DNA of 61,883 nt from Spirochaetota bacterium. Its GTDB lineage: Bacteria > Spirochaetota > Spirochaetia > SPDA01 > B32-G16. This document shows positions 45,563-54,062 of this stretch, piece after piece. Below the pieces are notes generated by a model. It was not told where the DNA came from and searched no databases. It saw only the letters and a list, made by a program, of their open reading frames with translations. The stretch's first letter is position 1; each line of letters starts with the position of its first letter. The stretch covers positions 1 to 61,883 of the forward strand of contig QNBH01000001.1 of assembly GCA_003645645.1 (NCBI GenBank). The letters are read 5' to 3'. The translations under genes and the position numbers were made by a program.

Positions 45563-46570
45563 CTACTCTACTCTTTCCTTTACCACCCGGCCGAGTTGCG
45601 ATTTGGGAAGAGAAAACCTGTAAAAAAGTCCCAGTGGATCGGGAATCTGCATCATAAGTTTCTCTATATCCTCTTCGCTCAACTCTGTCTCTCTGTCGGT
45701 CATTCCGTACACCGAGGCAAGGGCACTCAGCATGGATGCCCCCTGTTCTGTAACAGATGCCGTCGGTCCCATGCACCCCCGGCAGGGCATATTCGCAGCG
45801 GTACAAACCGCCCCGCATCCCGCCCTTGTAGCAGGTCCTAGGCATATAATCCCCTGTTCGAGAAAACATTTCTCCTCGTCAAACGCTATCTCTTGAATCC
45901 TGTACAGCCTGTCCACCTTGATCTCTCCGCTTCGTTTCCTCTCGCACTCATCGCACAGCGTCTTCTCCGATGCAATGATGGATCCTTTGGGTGGCAGGGG
46001 TTTTCCCTCTTCCACAAACTCTTTCACTACTGTGAGAATTTTATTATTGATATCACTGGTCGGAGGACAGGCGGGAACGTAATAGTCCACATCGACAATA
46101 TCATCCAGGGCATATACCTCGTCGTAGAACCGGGGCAGGGTGAGCTCATGGCCTTCTTTATCTAAAGATTTCTCCTCGGGTAAGGTGCCATCGGGATTTA
46201 CCGTGGAAAAGGTTTCTTTATAAACCTTCTTAAATATTGCAATTTTATCTGTTACGTTGGCCAATCCCGGAATACCCCCCATGTGCGCACAGGCGCCATA
46301 AGCAATGAGAATCTGACACTTATCCCTCATTATATGGGCAAACTCTTCGTTGTCCGAGTTTCTGACTGCACCGTGGTAAAATCCTATGGTTATGGATTTA
46401 TCGGGCATTTTTTTGAGATCGTCATATTTTACATCGAGAAGCGTAGGTGAGAAAACCAAATCGGCTACGGAGAGCAGGGTGAAGAGCTCTTCGTTGAAGT
46501 TGACAATGGCAATATCACAGCCTACGCATGAAGCACCCCTTTTAAGTGCAATCTTTATCTTCTCTGCCAT
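45563..46570 (-). CDS. mvhG: [NiFe] hydrogenase small subunit, Mvh-type
   Basis: ASCVGCDIAIVNF, GACAHMGGIPGLAN, and a C-terminal Cys-rich cluster region (CDECERKR..., CLGPATRAGCGAVCTAANMPCRGCMGP). No Tat signal is present. Confidence 0.88.
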   Translation of the reverse strand: MAEKIKIALKRGASCVGCDIAIVNFNEELFTLLSVADLVFSPTLLDVKYDDLKKMPDKSITIGFYHGAVRNSDNEEFAHIMRDKCQILIAYGACAHMGGIPGLANVTDKIAIFKKVYKETFSTVNPDGTLPEEKSLDKEGHELTLPRFYDEVYALDDIVDVDYYVPACPPTSDINNKILTVVKEFVEEGKPLPPKGSIIASEKTLCDECERKRSGEIKVDRLYRIQEIAFDEEKCFLEQGIICLGPATRAGCGAVCTAANMPCRGCMGPTASVTEQGASMLSALASVYGMTDRETELSEEDIEKLMMQIPDPLGLFYRFSLPKSQLGRVVKERVE

Positions 46571-46601
46571 ATCTTTTCCCTCGTATTTTTGTTGTATATC
46601 T

Positions 46602-47042
46602 TCATACTGCCTTTCGTTCTCTCCTTTCCAATTTCCCGTATGGACTGGGACCCAATTCCTTTATTCTCTCTACGAAATTGTTAACTACCCGGGCAAACTT
46701 CTCCCCCTCTGCAGCCGATACCCATTCCAGTTGAAACCTATCCTTGTTCAGTCCGAACTGGGTAAGAAGCATCCTGACCAGTGCCATTCTTCTGCGGGTT
46801 CGATAGTTTCCGCCGATATAGTGGCAGTCACCGGGATGACAGCCAAGCACCATCACCCCATCCGCCCCTTTTCTAAAGGCATGCAGAATCCACTCCGGAT
46901 CGACTCTGGCCGAACACAGCGTTCTTATAACCCGGAAATGGGGACTTATCTGGAAACGGCTTACTCCTGCAAGATCGGCGCCTGCATAAGCACACCAGTT
47001 ACAGCAGAATACGAGTATTCTGGGTTTAAACTCCTCACTCAT
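46602..47042 (-). CDS. mvhD: Methyl-viologen-reducing hydrogenase delta subunit (MvhD), copy 2
   Basis: ILVFCCNWCAYAGADLAG...RTLCSARVDP...GADGVMVLGCHPGDCHY is the canonical MvhD/FlpD Cys pattern. Confidence 0.9.
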   Translation of the reverse strand: MSEEFKPRILVFCCNWCAYAGADLAGVSRFQISPHFRVIRTLCSARVDPEWILHAFRKGADGVMVLGCHPGDCHYIGGNYRTRRRMALVRMLLTQFGLNKDRFQLEWVSAAEGEKFARVVNNFVERIKELGPSPYGKLERRERKAV

Positions 47043-47054
47043 TTCTCTCTCCTC

Positions 47055-50000
47055 TTAACCGAGTAGTGCGTCGATTTCCGCCAAAATCTGATCGCTTTTA
47101 AAACCCTTCTGCTCCATTGCCCCACTCGGACAGGCGGCCACACAGCAACCGCATCCCTTACAGATTGCCTCGTTTAATTTCACCACCTTTCCGCCTTCCT
47201 GTCTCTCCACCACTTCCAGGGCTTTATACTCACAAACCCCCACACATATTCCGCATCCGTCACAGAGATCCTCGTTTACAGCAGCAATGGTCGGTTCTGC
47301 CTCGTATTTGCTCTTGCTTAAGATGGTGGCCGCTCTGGCAGCCGCTGCTTTGCCCTGGGTAATGCTTTCCGATAGGGTCTTTGGATTATGCGCCATTCCT
47401 GCCAGAAAAACTCCTTCGGTGGCGAAATCAACGGGCCTTAACTTTACATGTGCTTCCAGAAAAAAGCCGTTTTCTCCCAGGGGAACCTTGAACTGCTGGG
47501 AAATAAGCTCGTTTTCCGCTCCGGGATCGATTCTCGAAGCAAGTACCAAAATCTGGGGAAATATTTCTACCTTATCTCCTGTAAGAGTGTCTGTTACAGT
47601 TATCTGCAATTCATGGTTCTTCTTCTCCACAAGGGGCTTTTCATCTTCGTTGTAACGGATGAATACGACTCCCGACTCCCTTGCTTCCCTGTAATAACGC
47701 TCGGAAAAACCGTAAGTTCGCATATCACGGTAAAGAACGTACACCTCCGAAGAAGGTCTCTGCTTCTTTAAATAAAGGGCATTCTTTACAGTCTCCATAC
47801 AGCAGACCCTGCTGCAGTACAGGTGCCCTTTCTCTCTGGAACCCACACATTGAATAAAAGCCACCCGTTCGGGCAAATTATCGGAAGGAGTTTGTTCCAG
47901 GAATGTTTCGAACTCAAGCCCCGTTTTAATCCTTGCATCTTCTCCGTAGAGATATTCCCGGGGGACTGATTCCCTGGCTCCGGTAGCTATTACCACCGCT
48001 CCGTGCTCTATAGTAATAGGCCCCTTACTGTTGCCGCTTAAGGTTGTTTTAAAGTTTCCTACAAATCCTTCTACTGTTTGTACCTGAGTTCCCACGTGCA
48101 CTATGATCCCCCGATGATTGGTCACGCTGCTTATCATACGCTTGATAAGAGGCTGGGTCTCTCCTCCATCCACCGTACGAAGCAACTTTCTGAGATTTCC
48201 ACCCAACTGAGCCTCTTTTTCCACCAGCTCCACCGAAAAGCCCTGATTGGCCAGAGAAAGTGCGGCCGACATTCCTGCAGGTCCTCCTCCTATAACCAGT
48301 GCTTTCTGGTTAACATCGAGGGGTATGCTGGGCAGAGGCTCGATGAGCCTTGCTTTTGCCACCGTCATTCTTAAGAGGTCTTTGGCTTTTTCTGTGGCCT
48401 CTCTGGGAAAGTTCATGTGTATCCAGGAACACTGGTCTCTTATGTTTGCCATCTCAAAGAGATGTCGGTTCAACCCTGCTTCTCGAATGGTCTCCTGGAA
48501 TAGAGCTTCATGGGTTCTGGGGGTACAGGAGGCGACAACCACCCGGTTTAGATTATGCTCTTTAATAATCTCTTTTATATGTTCCTGGGTATCCTGGGAA
48601 CATGTATAGAGATTATCTTCTGCATATACAACTCCCGGGAGGGTTTTAACATACTCGGTTACATCGGGCACATCAACAATCCCGCCTATGTTTATACCGC
48701 AATGACACACAAAAACTCCGATCCGCAGTTCCTGGCCGGCTACATCCTTTTCCGGCGGATATCTCTTCTCCTCAATTTCGGTCCACCTCGTCTCTGCAAG
48801 TACTTCGGAAGCCGCAGCAGCACCGGCACTGGCCTGCATGATTGTTTCTGGAATATCCTTCGGTTCCTGCGCAGGTCCGCAGATAAAGTAGCCGGGAACC
48901 TTGGTTTCAACCGGATTAAAAGGGTCGGAAGCAATAAATCCGTAGCAATTTAAGGGTATATGAAGAGCCTCTGAAAGCTTGAGGATGCTCTCCCCGCCCT
49001 CAAACCCCACAGAAAGCACCACCATGTCAAAATCTTCGAAGCAGGTCTTGCCTTTATCGTCTTCGTAACGTACCAGAAGTTTACCGGTAGTTTTATCCCA
49101 TTCCACCCCGGAAACCCGCGCCTTTATAAACCTTACACCATACTCCTGCTTTGATCTTTCGAAATAGCGGTCAAAATCCTTTCCATGGGCGCGAATATCC
49201 ATATAAAATATTGTGGGCTCTATCTGTTTCTCATGCTCCCTGGCAATTACTGCCTCTTTTATTGCATACATACAGCATACAGAGGAGCAGTGCTCGTTCC
49301 CGATTTTTAAATCCCTCGAACCTACACACTGGATAAAGGCAATCTTCTCAGGAGTTTTCCCGTTGGATAATCTCTTTATGTGGCCGGAAAATGGACCCGA
49401 AGCGGAGAGGATCCTCTCAAACTGGATGCTGGTTACCACATCCGGATATTTACCGAAACCCAGGTGATACATGGCAGATGGGTCATACTTTTCACATCCT
49501 GTAGCAAGCAAGACCGAACCTACCTTAAGCTCGATCGACTCCTCTTTCATGGAGTGATCAATGGCATCGGCTTCACAGTTGGAGACACATTGAAGACATT
49601 CCGAGCATACACCGCAATTGAGACACCTCATCGCCTCTTCTACAGCCTGCTTATCATCAAAACCGATTTCAACCTCATCAAAGCCCGATAGACGCTTCTT
49701 CATATCTGCTTTGGGTACCTGTAACCTCTGTTTTCTATCCCTGTACTCTTCCGGTGTAAGGGCTGTTTCTACATAGAGCTCATCCCGCCCCTCTCTGAGG
49801 TCTCTCCCTTCCAGATAGCGCTGTATGGACTCTGCCGCTGCATGGCCATGCGCTATGGCATGAACCACCAGCCCTCCGGCACCTGCAATATCACCGCCTG
49901 CAAAAACCCCATCCTCTCCTGTCTCCAGAGTGATCGGATCAACCCTGAATAAACCTCTATCAAGGTTCAATTTACCCGAAGCCCCCTCTGTAACAGTATC

Positions 50001-51503
50001 TTCGGCCTCCTGGCCGAGTGCAGTAATAACAGCATCCACGGCAAAACTTTCCGTCTCACCTTCCACAGGGACGGGTCTTCTTCTGCCCGTACTGTCGGGG
50101 AATCCCAATCTCATCCTGTTACAGATGAGTTCGCTTGCCTTTCCCTTTTTGCCTGTTATCTCTTTCGGCGAAAGGAGGAACTTTAACCCCGCACCCTCTG
50201 CCTCCGCTTCGACTATCTCTTCTTCCAGGGCAGGCATCTCTTCTCTTCTCCGCCTGTAAACTATAAATGCTTCTCTTGCACCAAGACGCAGCATGGTACG
50301 AACAGAATCGATTGCGGTATTGCCTCCTCCTATCACTGCAACCCGTTTGCCTGTAAATGTATTTCTATGTTTTCCCTCTGTTATATCTCTCAACAGCTCT
50401 ACTGCCGGGTAAACGCCTTCCAGTTCTTCTCCTTTAATGCCGAGTCTTCTGCTTTTCTGAGTTCCTGCTGCAATAAAGACGGCCTTAAAGCCCTGGCTCT
50501 TTAGCTTTTCTGTGGTAAGATTCTTTCCAAATGGGCTATTGTACTTAATCTCGACGCCGGTTTTCCGGATTATTTCTACCTCATAATCGATTACATCTTC
50601 CGGGAGCCGGTAACGGGGAATGCCGTATCTGAGCATCCCTCCTGCTTTTTTTCGTGCCTCGAAAATAACGGGTCTGAATCCCTCTTTAGCAAGATCGTAG
50701 GCGGCCGTAAGACCGGCCGGTCCCGATCCGATAATGGCTACTTTTTCTCTGTTTTGAGTTACCTTTGTACTTTCTACATCAGGTTCTATACCCTGCTGTT
50801 TTTGCCTCATCTCCCAGTCCGAGGCAAACCTTTTTAGTGCACGAATCTGGATAGCCTGATCGAGATTGGCCCTGTTACACTCATCTTCACAAAGGCCACA
50901 TACTCTGCCGCAAATCGCAGGAAGGGGAATTCTCTCTCGTATGAGTTTTACCGCTTCGTCAAACTTTCTCTCCCGGATGAGAGCAACATACCCATGGGCA
51001 TTACATCCCGCCGGACAGGCTGCAGAGCAGGGAGATTTTCCCTTTTTTTCTATTGCAAAAACGTTGGGTGCCGCCTGAGGAAAAGGACGGTAGATGGCTT
51101 TCCGGGTAGAGAGTCTCTCATTGAACTCATCGGGCATTTCAACGGGACAGTACTTCTCACATTCACCACATCCCGTGCATTTATCTTCGTCGATATACCT
51201 GGGATATTTACGGATACGGACTGTAAAATCACCGGGATTACCGCTTATCTCCTCCACCTCGGAAAGGGTTAGAAGGTTTATGTTTAAGTGCCTGGCACAA
51301 TCTACGAGTTTAGGAGACATGATACACATGGCACAATCGTTGGTGGGGAAGGTCTTATCCAGTTGAGCCATTATCCCGCCTATGGTGGGAGACTTTTCTA
51401 CAAGATGTACTCGAAAACCAGCCTCAGCAAGATCGAGGGACGCCTGTATTCCTGCAATTCCTCCACCGACAACAAGAACCGATCCGCTTCCATTCCGCTT
51501 CAT
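47055..51503 (-). CDS. Giant HdrA-type flavoprotein (1482 aa): an HdrA core interrupted by an NfnB/GltD-like NAD(P)H module, followed by a second complete HdrA module (HdrL-like)
   Basis: VLVVGGGIAGIQASL...; a GltD-like insert (CPAGCNAHGYV...ICGRVC...VAIIGSGPAGLTAAYDL...GGMLRYGIPRYRLP...VAVIGGGNTAID); the HdrA signatures FIQCVGSRDLKIGNEHCSSVCCMYA and FIQCVGSREKGHLYCSRVCCMETV; the second module starts with RIGVFVCHCGINIGG. Confidence 0.85.
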   Translation of the reverse strand: MKRNGSGSVLVVGGGIAGIQASLDLAEAGFRVHLVEKSPTIGGIMAQLDKTFPTNDCAMCIMSPKLVDCARHLNINLLTLSEVEEISGNPGDFTVRIRKYPRYIDEDKCTGCGECEKYCPVEMPDEFNERLSTRKAIYRPFPQAAPNVFAIEKKGKSPCSAACPAGCNAHGYVALIRERKFDEAVKLIRERIPLPAICGRVCGLCEDECNRANLDQAIQIRALKRFASDWEMRQKQQGIEPDVESTKVTQNREKVAIIGSGPAGLTAAYDLAKEGFRPVIFEARKKAGGMLRYGIPRYRLPEDVIDYEVEIIRKTGVEIKYNSPFGKNLTTEKLKSQGFKAVFIAAGTQKSRRLGIKGEELEGVYPAVELLRDITEGKHRNTFTGKRVAVIGGGNTAIDSVRTMLRLGAREAFIVYRRRREEMPALEEEIVEAEAEGAGLKFLLSPKEITGKKGKASELICNRMRLGFPDSTGRRRPVPVEGETESFAVDAVITALGQEAEDTVTEGASGKLNLDRGLFRVDPITLETGEDGVFAGGDIAGAGGLVVHAIAHGHAAAESIQRYLEGRDLREGRDELYVETALTPEEYRDRKQRLQVPKADMKKRLSGFDEVEIGFDDKQAVEEAMRCLNCGVCSECLQCVSNCEADAIDHSMKEESIELKVGSVLLATGCEKYDPSAMYHLGFGKYPDVVTSIQFERILSASGPFSGHIKRLSNGKTPEKIAFIQCVGSRDLKIGNEHCSSVCCMYAIKEAVIAREHEKQIEPTIFYMDIRAHGKDFDRYFERSKQEYGVRFIKARVSGVEWDKTTGKLLVRYEDDKGKTCFEDFDMVVLSVGFEGGESILKLSEALHIPLNCYGFIASDPFNPVETKVPGYFICGPAQEPKDIPETIMQASAGAAAASEVLAETRWTEIEEKRYPPEKDVAGQELRIGVFVCHCGINIGGIVDVPDVTEYVKTLPGVVYAEDNLYTCSQDTQEHIKEIIKEHNLNRVVVASCTPRTHEALFQETIREAGLNRHLFEMANIRDQCSWIHMNFPREATEKAKDLLRMTVAKARLIEPLPSIPLDVNQKALVIGGGPAGMSAALSLANQGFSVELVEKEAQLGGNLRKLLRTVDGGETQPLIKRMISSVTNHRGIIVHVGTQVQTVEGFVGNFKTTLSGNSKGPITIEHGAVVIATGARESVPREYLYGEDARIKTGLEFETFLEQTPSDNLPERVAFIQCVGSREKGHLYCSRVCCMETVKNALYLKKQRPSSEVYVLYRDMRTYGFSERYYREARESGVVFIRYNEDEKPLVEKKNHELQITVTDTLTGDKVEIFPQILVLASRIDPGAENELISQQFKVPLGENGFFLEAHVKLRPVDFATEGVFLAGMAHNPKTLSESITQGKAAAARAATILSKSKYEAEPTIAAVNEDLCDGCGICVGVCEYKALEVVERQEGGKVVKLNEAICKGCGCCVAACPSGAMEQKGFKSDQILAEIDALLG

Positions 51504-51505
51504 AA

Positions 51506-51994
51506 TTAACCCAACTCCTCAATACCATTAGTCAGTTCTTCCTGAAGTTTTTTTTCCTGAACCGAGGGATCCTCGCCTTTAACCTTAAGCCACATATATT
51601 TTGCCAGCCCATGTCTCAATCTCTGCCCCAGTTCATCAACTTTTTCAATTTTTTCAAGCATCTCGCCTGGTGCATATCCCTGTTCTACCGCCATTTCCCT
51701 GAGCACAGCCATCACATCGGTAAATCTCACATCCTGAGGACATCTGGCGTAGCATGTGTAGCACTGTGTACAGTACCAGAGGAGCTCGGAAGACAGCAGC
51801 TCTTTTTTCATTCCGAGCAGTATATTTCTTATAAACAAACGCGGATTAAACCTCTCATCAATCTCCGACACAGGGCACGATGCCGTGCAGGTCCCGCATG
51901 AGAAACAACGCTTTAAGAATGTCGCTCCCGGTCTGGACGCCACTTCATATTTAAAATCCTCATCTAATCCGGATAGGAGTATATCTTTCACCAT
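51506..51994 (-). CDS. hdrC: HdrC-like 2x[4Fe-4S] protein
   Basis: CFSCGTCTASCPV and CTQCYTCYARCPQ, about 160 aa. It ends 3 nt upstream of the giant HdrA gene. Confidence 0.7.
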   Translation of the reverse strand: MVKDILLSGLDEDFKYEVASRPGATFLKRCFSCGTCTASCPVSEIDERFNPRLFIRNILLGMKKELLSSELLWYCTQCYTCYARCPQDVRFTDVMAVLREMAVEQGYAPGEMLEKIEKVDELGQRLRHGLAKYMWLKVKGEDPSVQEKKLQEELTNGIEELG

Positions 51995-52028
51995 CTTCCT
52001 CCGCTATTTCTTTATTTATCCTTTACAA

Positions 52029-52054
52029 CTGTCGGATACCTTTACCCCCGACAG
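52029..52054 (-). other. Intercistronic hairpin in the only sizeable gap (68 nt) of the 13 kb operon
   Basis: CTGTCGG (52029-52035) pairs with CCGACAG (52048-52054), with a 12-nt loop and no U-run on the transcribed strand. Confidence 0.35.
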
Positions 52055-52062
52055 ATAAGTTT

Positions 52063-53013
52063 TCAGACGCCGTTCGGCCTGGGTAGAAGGTCTGCCGATT
52101 CTACAATCCCCCTTACTGCGTTCTCCCATTCGATCGCCATTATATGTACTCCCGCCACACCCTTCATTTTTCTGAACCTTTTTATCTGTTCAACACAAAA
52201 ATTGATACCCTCTTCTCTGGCATTCTCCGCATCTTCAAACCTTTTAATTACGGAATCGGGAATCCTCACTCCTGCGACACTATCCCTCATGTATCTAAGC
52301 ATACCCAGAGACCTGATCGGAGTTACTCCCGCCAGAATCTTTACCTTCTCGTGAAGTCCGCGGGAGACTACCTCTTCCATCCACTGCTCGAATCTCTCCA
52401 TATCGTAAATACACTGGGTCTGAATAAAATCGACCCCCGCATTTACCTTCTTCTCCAGTCTGTTTACCCTCCATTCCAGGGGATCTGCAAATGGGTTGGC
52501 CGCCGCACCGATCAGAAAACGTGGTTCCCTTATCTCGGCTTTTTTGGAGTTTCTTATCTCTTCTCCGCACTGGAAGATTTTCTCATCCCGCATATCCTTT
52601 ACCATTTTGATAAGCTGGATACTGTCAATATCGTAGACCTGTTTTGCCTGTGGATGATTGCCGAAGCTCTGATGATCTCCTGTGAGGCAGAGCACGTTTT
52701 TAAGACCATTGAGGCATGCACCGAGCAGATCCGCCTGAATTGCAAGACGATTTCTGTCCCGGCAGGTAACCTGGAATATGGGCTCAAGCCCCTTTTCCGC
52801 TACATAAATCCCCGTGCTTATGGAAGATACCCTCACGATGGCCGTCTGGTTGTCTGTAATGTTCACTGCATCAACGGCATCCCTCAATGCTTCTACCTTG
52901 CTGTCTATAACCTCTCTATCGACACTTTTAGGGGGGCCGAGTTCTGCAGTAACCACAAACTCACCCCTATCCAGGAGCTTCTCCAGCCTGCTTCCTGCTT
53001 TACTATTCTTCAC
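52063..53013 (-). CDS. metF: Methylenetetrahydrofolate reductase, acetogen/anaerobe-type MetF
   Basis: FVVTAELGPPKS...NITDNQTAIVR...CLTGDHQSFGNHP...GVDFIQTQCIYD is colinear with the MTHFR TIM-barrel. It is followed by metV. Confidence 0.88.
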   Translation of the reverse strand: MKNSKAGSRLEKLLDRGEFVVTAELGPPKSVDREVIDSKVEALRDAVDAVNITDNQTAIVRVSSISTGIYVAEKGLEPIFQVTCRDRNRLAIQADLLGACLNGLKNVLCLTGDHQSFGNHPQAKQVYDIDSIQLIKMVKDMRDEKIFQCGEEIRNSKKAEIREPRFLIGAAANPFADPLEWRVNRLEKKVNAGVDFIQTQCIYDMERFEQWMEEVVSRGLHEKVKILAGVTPIRSLGMLRYMRDSVAGVRIPDSVIKRFEDAENAREEGINFCVEQIKRFRKMKGVAGVHIMAIEWENAVRGIVESADLLPRPNGV

Positions 53014-53672
53014 GGTTGTATATCCTCTCTTAAGAGCTTTCTCGGTCCACCATCATGTGCCCTGGACCAGTCCCTGGGAGGTTGATTCGTCATCATGTTC
53101 TGAAGCATGTTTAACTTTTTAAGCCGTTCGTAAATAAGATACCAGCCACATTCTGTATTCAGCGGATCAATCTCGCACATTCCGTTCTCCGAACCCCCGC
53201 AGGGACCGTTCATAAGGCCCTTTGAGCATCTCGTTTTCGGACATATCCCACCTGTAATATCGAGCATACAATCACCGCACCCCAGACACCTTTCGAGCCA
53301 GTATCCCGCTCCCTCATTACTGCCTATGAAATGGGTGTTTAGCCCGGGTATTACGAGCTTACCTTCGAAATAATCGGAAAGCATCTGAACTCCGGCTCCA
53401 CATGCGAGAGAGAGAATCGCATCGCTCTCCTTTACGACCGCCTCTATCTCTTTGAAAAACTCGCGGTCGCACTGTCGCTCGATGGAAAAACCGGTTACCT
53501 CTCCTATTTTTTTATCCGCCATGCGAATGGCGGAACACATCACCTTTACCTCTTTCTCGCCGCCTGCCAGACAAACGGTTACACAGGTGTCGCAACCAAG
53601 CACGAGAAGTTTTTCCACTTCCGGAAGTTTTTTGAGTATCTCTCCTATGGGTTTCTGCTCCGCAACTATCAT
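53010..53672 (-). CDS. metV: MetV (MTHFR C-terminal-domain / zinc-ribbon Fe-S protein)
   Basis: LVLGCDTCVTVCLAGG...ACGAGVQ...CLGCGDCMLDITGGICPKTRCSKGLMNGPCGG. ATGA overlaps occur at both ends. Confidence 0.85.
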   Translation of the reverse strand: MIVAEQKPIGEILKKLPEVEKLLVLGCDTCVTVCLAGGEKEVKVMCSAIRMADKKIGEVTGFSIERQCDREFFKEIEAVVKESDAILSLACGAGVQMLSDYFEGKLVIPGLNTHFIGSNEGAGYWLERCLGCGDCMLDITGGICPKTRCSKGLMNGPCGGSENGMCEIDPLNTECGWYLIYERLKKLNMLQNMMTNQPPRDWSRAHDGGPRKLLREDIQP

Positions 53673-54049
53673 GACACTCCTACCTTCCCGGCAAAATCGT
53701 TAATAGCACTGTAGAGTCTCTTCCCTTCGTCCGGGCCGAAAGTCTGCATCTCAATATGTTTTCCTTCGATGCCCGCATCGCTTAAGAGCTTCTTTATTCT
53801 CTTAATCCGCCTCAAGGCCCTCTTATTTCCGTCGAGGTATTTGCAGTTCTCCTCTCTGCAACCTGCTACAAATATCCCCCGAACTCCGTTTTGAAGGGTC
53901 TCCATAAGCATAACGTCGTTTATTCTTCCGGTACAGGGTAGCTCGAAAGTGCAAACCCCGGAAGGCAGGCGGAATCCTTCACTGCTCATTTTCTGCAGTG
54001 CCTTTCTGCCTCCCTCCGAACAGTATATTATCAACAAAGACTCTTCCAT
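53669..54049 (-). CDS. mvhD: MvhD-like protein, copy 1
   Basis: LIIYCSEGG...ELPCTGRINDVMLMETLQNGVRGIFVAGCREENCKY. Confidence 0.85.
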   Translation of the reverse strand: MEESLLIIYCSEGGRKALQKMSSEGFRLPSGVCTFELPCTGRINDVMLMETLQNGVRGIFVAGCREENCKYLDGNKRALRRIKRIKKLLSDAGIEGKHIEMQTFGPDEGKRLYSAINDFAGKVGVS

Positions 54050-54062
54050 AAGTAAAACTCCT

